This document shows, piece by piece, positions 35,076 through 38,058 of a stretch of DNA of 38,058 nt. The notes below the pieces were generated by a model. The model saw nothing but the letters and a program-made list of their open reading frames with translations, was not told the origin of the DNA and made no database searches. The stretch is from positions 1 through 38,058 of the IMG/VR virus record IMGVR_UViG_3300003778_000101. One strand, given 5' to 3'. The first letter of the stretch is position 1, and every line of letters begins with the position of its first letter. The DNA is from a virus (Duplodnaviria; Caudoviricetes). The position numbers and the translations under genes were made by a program.

Positions 35076-36062
35076 ATGCCTATCGACCCCGATTCCGGCA
35101 CATTCGCCCGCATCTGGCAGTTCGTTGATCAGTTCGCGCAGGGCGACGACATCAACCGCTCCGATCTGGATGCCGCGCTGGATGACTTTGTTCCTGCCAT
35201 CAATGCCGCCCTCCTGGTCGTGGCCAGCGCGGCGGCCAGCGCGGCGGCAGCGGCAGCATCGGCAACGGCGGCAAGCACGATAGGCGGCACGGCTGGGGCG
35301 GCTGCTGGAGCGGCGGCGGCAGAGGCGGCGGCGGCGGTTCACATCGCGGCCATGGCCGCAGCGGTCAGCGCGGTTGAGGACATTCTGGAGGCCGTTGAGG
35401 GCATTGCCGAAGACCTGAACCCGGAAGGGTTCCTCTCGCTGAGCCAGACCACGGCTTACACGGGTGATCTGAACAGTCTGGCCGCGACCGGCCTTCAGAA
35501 GCTGGGGAGCGGCGTGACCAACGGGCCGTCCGGGGCCGGGGTGGGCGATTTCGTTCTGACCGTCTATCACGACGCCAATACCGCAACGCAGCTCGCGCTC
35601 AACAACGGGGCCACGGCGCTGCTTTCCATCCGCGCCCGGACCAGCGGGACTTGGGGGGCATGGGTTGATGCGGTCCTGACTGCGGGTGATCAGACCGTGG
35701 CGGGAAGCAAGACCTTCAGCGCGGCGACAACCTTCAGCGCTGACCTGTCCCTCAAGGGCGCGGCATCGGCCAGCGTGGATGATGGCACGCTGTCGAGCGG
35801 CACCTACACCCCGTCACCCGTCGGCGGCAACTTCCGCCACATCATCAACGGCGGGGCCTTCACGCTGGCACCTCCTGCGGCATCAGGCGCATATACGCTG
35901 GTGATCGAGATGGTGAACGGGGCATCGGCGGGCGCACTGACCACCTCCGCATTCCTGCGCGTGACGGGCGATCCGCTGACCACGACCAACGGGCACAAGT
36001 TCCAGATGGTCATCGTGAAGAGCCCTGCCGGTTCCACGCTCAACGTGACCGCGCTGCAATGA
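35076..36062 (+). CDS. tail fibre protein with pyocin-knob-like domain
   Basis: Anchor homologous to ORF 31908, poly-Ala helix, and DLN....G...NGP...Q.A...IR.....WGAW knob motif. Confidence 0.78.
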   Translation: MPIDPDSGTFARIWQFVDQFAQGDDINRSDLDAALDDFVPAINAALLVVASAAASAAAAAASATAASTIGGTAGAAAGAAAAEAAAAVHIAAMAAAVSAVEDILEAVEGIAEDLNPEGFLSLSQTTAYTGDLNSLAATGLQKLGSGVTNGPSGAGVGDFVLTVYHDANTATQLALNNGATALLSIRARTSGTWGAWVDAVLTAGDQTVAGSKTFSAATTFSADLSLKGAASASVDDGTLSSGTYTPSPVGGNFRHIINGGAFTLAPPAASGAYTLVIEMVNGASAGALTTSAFLRVTGDPLTTTNGHKFQMVIVKSPAGSTLNVTALQ

Positions 36063-36703
36063 TCGGGGTCATGCCGAACCCTTCCGCCTATCGTCGGGCC
36101 ATTGTCTCCTATATCGGCACCACGCTCGACACCTCCGCGCTGGCAACCGTCACGCTGACTGGTGTTGCGATTGGCCCCCCGGCGCCGGACAGGTTGGTTG
36201 TCGCTGTCGTTCTGGGGCGGGATTCCAACGCACGGACCATTTCCAGCGTGACAATCGGCGGTGTTGCTGCGACGGCGGCGGTCACTTCGCCCAGCCAGAA
36301 CAACCCGACCGGCATCTACTACGCTCGGGTTCCGGCCGGGGCGACGGCGGATATTGTCGTCACCTTCTCTGCGGCGACAACCCGAATGGCGGTCGCGGTC
36401 TACACCCTGACCGGCTATCGCAATGCGGCCCCGGCTGCGGTCGATCAGGACTATGACACCACCACAACGCTGTCTGCGACCTTGGCCAGACCGCGCGATG
36501 CTGTCGTTATCGCCGGATCAATCACGTCCTCCACCGGCACCTTCACATGGACCGGCGCGACCGAGGATGCCGACACGGCGCATAGCGGAAACAGGGCCTC
36601 AACGGCCAGCGCCACCTTTGGCGCGGCTGATCCCGCAATGGCTATTTCCTTCGTGAACACCTCATCCGGCGCCGCTTCACTCTGCGCCGCGACATGGACC
36701 TGA
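36059..36703 (+). CDS. fibre-associated beta-rich protein
   Basis: ATGA-coupled and Thr/Ala/Val-rich. Confidence 0.7.
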   Translation: MIGVMPNPSAYRRAIVSYIGTTLDTSALATVTLTGVAIGPPAPDRLVVAVVLGRDSNARTISSVTIGGVAATAAVTSPSQNNPTGIYYARVPAGATADIVVTFSAATTRMAVAVYTLTGYRNAAPAAVDQDYDTTTTLSATLARPRDAVVIAGSITSSTGTFTWTGATEDADTAHSGNRASTASATFGAADPAMAISFVNTSSGAASLCAATWT

Positions 36704-36718
36704 CACCATGTCCGCGCA

Positions 36719-36748
36719 TCGCCGCACAGGGCCGGGCCTTCTTGGCAT
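36719..36748 (+). promoter_or_regulatory. putative late promoter motif (lysis cassette)
   Basis: TCGCCGCACA-N17-CAT, in the intergenic region before the holin. Confidence 0.65.
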
Positions 36749-36787
36749 CGGTAGTGTCACGTCACGAACGCGCTTCCCGAGGTGCCC

Positions 36788-37147
36788 ATGAGCGATGAAC
36801 CGACATTCTGGAACGACGTGCTGCGAAGCGTGCTGTTCAGCAGCGCAGTCACGGCGGCAGGCTGGGGCGCCTTGGGCGGCGCGACATCGGCCCTCACAGT
36901 CCGGGTCACGCCCAAGGCCATGATCCGGCAAGTCGTGTTGGGCGCGCTGGTCTCTGGCGGTATCGGGACAATGGCCATGGCACTGGTTGCCAAGCTGTTT
37001 GGGCTGTCTCCCGAATTGATTCCCATCGTCGGGGCCAGCGCCAGCGCCTCCTATCTCGTGGGGATCTTCGGGCCTGCCATCATCGAGGTCTTGCTGTCGC
37101 GCATCCGGGCCGGTCGCCTGCCGGGGGAGGGTGGCGGCGATGGCTGA
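36788..37147 (+). CDS. holin (putative)
   Basis: GAGGT SD, three hydrophobic segments, upstream of the endolysin. Confidence 0.7.
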   Translation: MSDEPTFWNDVLRSVLFSSAVTAAGWGALGGATSALTVRVTPKAMIRQVVLGALVSGGIGTMAMALVAKLFGLSPELIPIVGASASASYLVGIFGPAIIEVLLSRIRAGRLPGEGGGDG

Positions 37148-37289
37148 GGTCAAGCGCATCATCACCGAGACATTGCGGCGCGAGAGCCGCGGTTGTGGCG
37201 CCGACTTTCTGCAGCGCATCCGCGCCGGGCTGATCGGCTTTGGCATCATCATCATTCTGTCCGGGGGGCTGAAATGGCTGGGAAGCTGA
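37140..37289 (+). CDS. 49-aa single-pass membrane protein, not in the ORF track
   Basis: MAEVKRII...RAGLIGFGIIIILSGGLKWLGS. GGAGG SD; overlaps both holin and endolysin. Confidence 0.6.
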   Translation: MAEVKRIITETLRRESRGCGADFLQRIRAGLIGFGIIIILSGGLKWLGS

Positions 37290-37774
37290 CAAGGATTCAC
37301 CTGCACTGGACCGCCGGAGCCGATGGGGTCAATGCGGAAGAGAAGGACCATTACCATTTCATCGTTGGGCGCGACGGCGGCGTAACGCTGGGCGATCTGC
37401 CGCCCGAGGCCAATGCAGCGCCGATCCGTGGCGCCTACGCGGCCCACACGCTCAATGCCAATGGTGGCGCTATCGGGGTGTCTCTGGACGCGATGGCGGG
37501 CGCGGTAGAGCGGCCCTTCTCGCCGGGAAAATACCCGATCACCGAGGCGCAGCTTGATGCCATGGCGCGACTGGTCGCCGGGCTGTGCCGGAAATACGGC
37601 ATCCCCGTAACCCGCAAAACCGTGCTGACCCATGCCGAAGTGCAGCCCACCTTGGGTATCGCGCAGAAGCAGAAATGGGACATCACCTGGTTGCCCGGTA
37701 TGGACCGGCCCGGCGATGCTGTGGCTGTCGGCGACGTTCTGCGCGCCAAGATCAGCAAGGCGATGGCGGGATGA
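37274..37774 (+). CDS. endolysin, N-acetylmuramoyl-L-alanine amidase (Amidase_2-like)
   Basis: IHLHWTAG, YHFIV, AHT..AN..AIGV and THAEVQ...KWDI. Start reassigned to ATG 37274. Confidence 0.9.
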   Translation: MAGKLTRIHLHWTAGADGVNAEEKDHYHFIVGRDGGVTLGDLPPEANAAPIRGAYAAHTLNANGGAIGVSLDAMAGAVERPFSPGKYPITEAQLDAMARLVAGLCRKYGIPVTRKTVLTHAEVQPTLGIAQKQKWDITWLPGMDRPGDAVAVGDVLRAKISKAMAG

Positions 37775-38058
37775 TCGGTTTTGCCCTGCGCTGGTGGCGC
37801 CCCCTCGCCATTCTGGCCCTCGCTATCGGCCTCTGGTGGCACGGCTACAGCACCGGGGCAGGGCGGTGCGAAACAGCACATGAGCTGGCCGAGGCGCGGG
37901 CCAATGCCCGGGCAGCGCAGGCCCTGTCCGATCTGGCCGCCGCCGAACAGCGCAATCGCCTCATGGCGCTCGAATTGGAGGATGCCGCCCGTGCTGAACC
38001 TGTGCAAAGCCCTGCTTGCCTGCCTCGTTCTCGCGTCCTGCGACTCAACAGCCGATAG
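37771..38058 (+). CDS. i-spanin (Rz-like)
   Basis: ATGA-coupled, with an N-terminal TM segment followed by an Ala-rich coiled coil. Confidence 0.75.
   Translation: MIGFALRWWRPLAILALAIGLWWHGYSTGAGRCETAHELAEARANARAAQALSDLAAAEQRNRLMALELEDAARAEPVQSPACLPRSRVLRLNSR
37991..38058 (+). CDS. o-spanin (Rz1-like) lipoprotein, 3'-truncated by the window
   Basis: +1 frame of the i-spanin. GGAGG at 37977-37981, GTG at 37991, and VLNLCKALLACLVLASC ending in lipobox LASC. Confidence 0.7.
   Translation, partial: MLNLCKALLACLVLASCDSTAD

Noticed and set aside
35220..35370. GCG/GCA-rich low-complexity tract
   Set aside because: It is a poly-Ala helical stalk of the fibre and is fully explained by coding.
1..38058. 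tRNA, CRISPR array, integrase, transposase or reverse transcriptase
   Set aside because: None recognised by eye; temperate versus lytic lifestyle cannot be determined from this window.

Overview
The window is one continuous, + strand late region of a GC-rich tailed phage or prophage with podovirus-like (P22-type) gene order. The host is probably an alphaproteobacterium such as Rhodobacterales (inference). Order: a 5'-truncated wHTH replication-type gene, a DNA methyltransferase, small and large terminase, portal, a cluster of small putative anti-defence 'sponge' genes (Gp49/Acb4-like, DUF2829/Tad2-like and others), scaffold, major capsid, adaptor, collar protein, nozzle, GNAT, two ejection proteins, a 4501-aa polyvalent virion protein, two receptor-binding proteins sharing an N-terminal anchor, and a holin/amidase/spanin cassette cut by the window end. 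The polyvalent protein carries ParB-like, JAB, two ART-like, SF2 helicase, N6-MTase, zincin, GNAT and LPD38-like modules. Two features stand out. (1) Two, possibly three, small genes with their own Shine-Dalgarno sites are overprinted in the +1 frame inside the Gly/Arg/Pro-rich 'linkers' of the giant gene, each next to an effector module; they are candidate built-in antitoxins or chaperones. (2) An eight-copy motif, YCGCCGCAC(A/G)-N17-YA(G/T), lies upstream of late genes and looks like a phage-specific promoter. All family calls come from motif recognition by eye; no searches were run.
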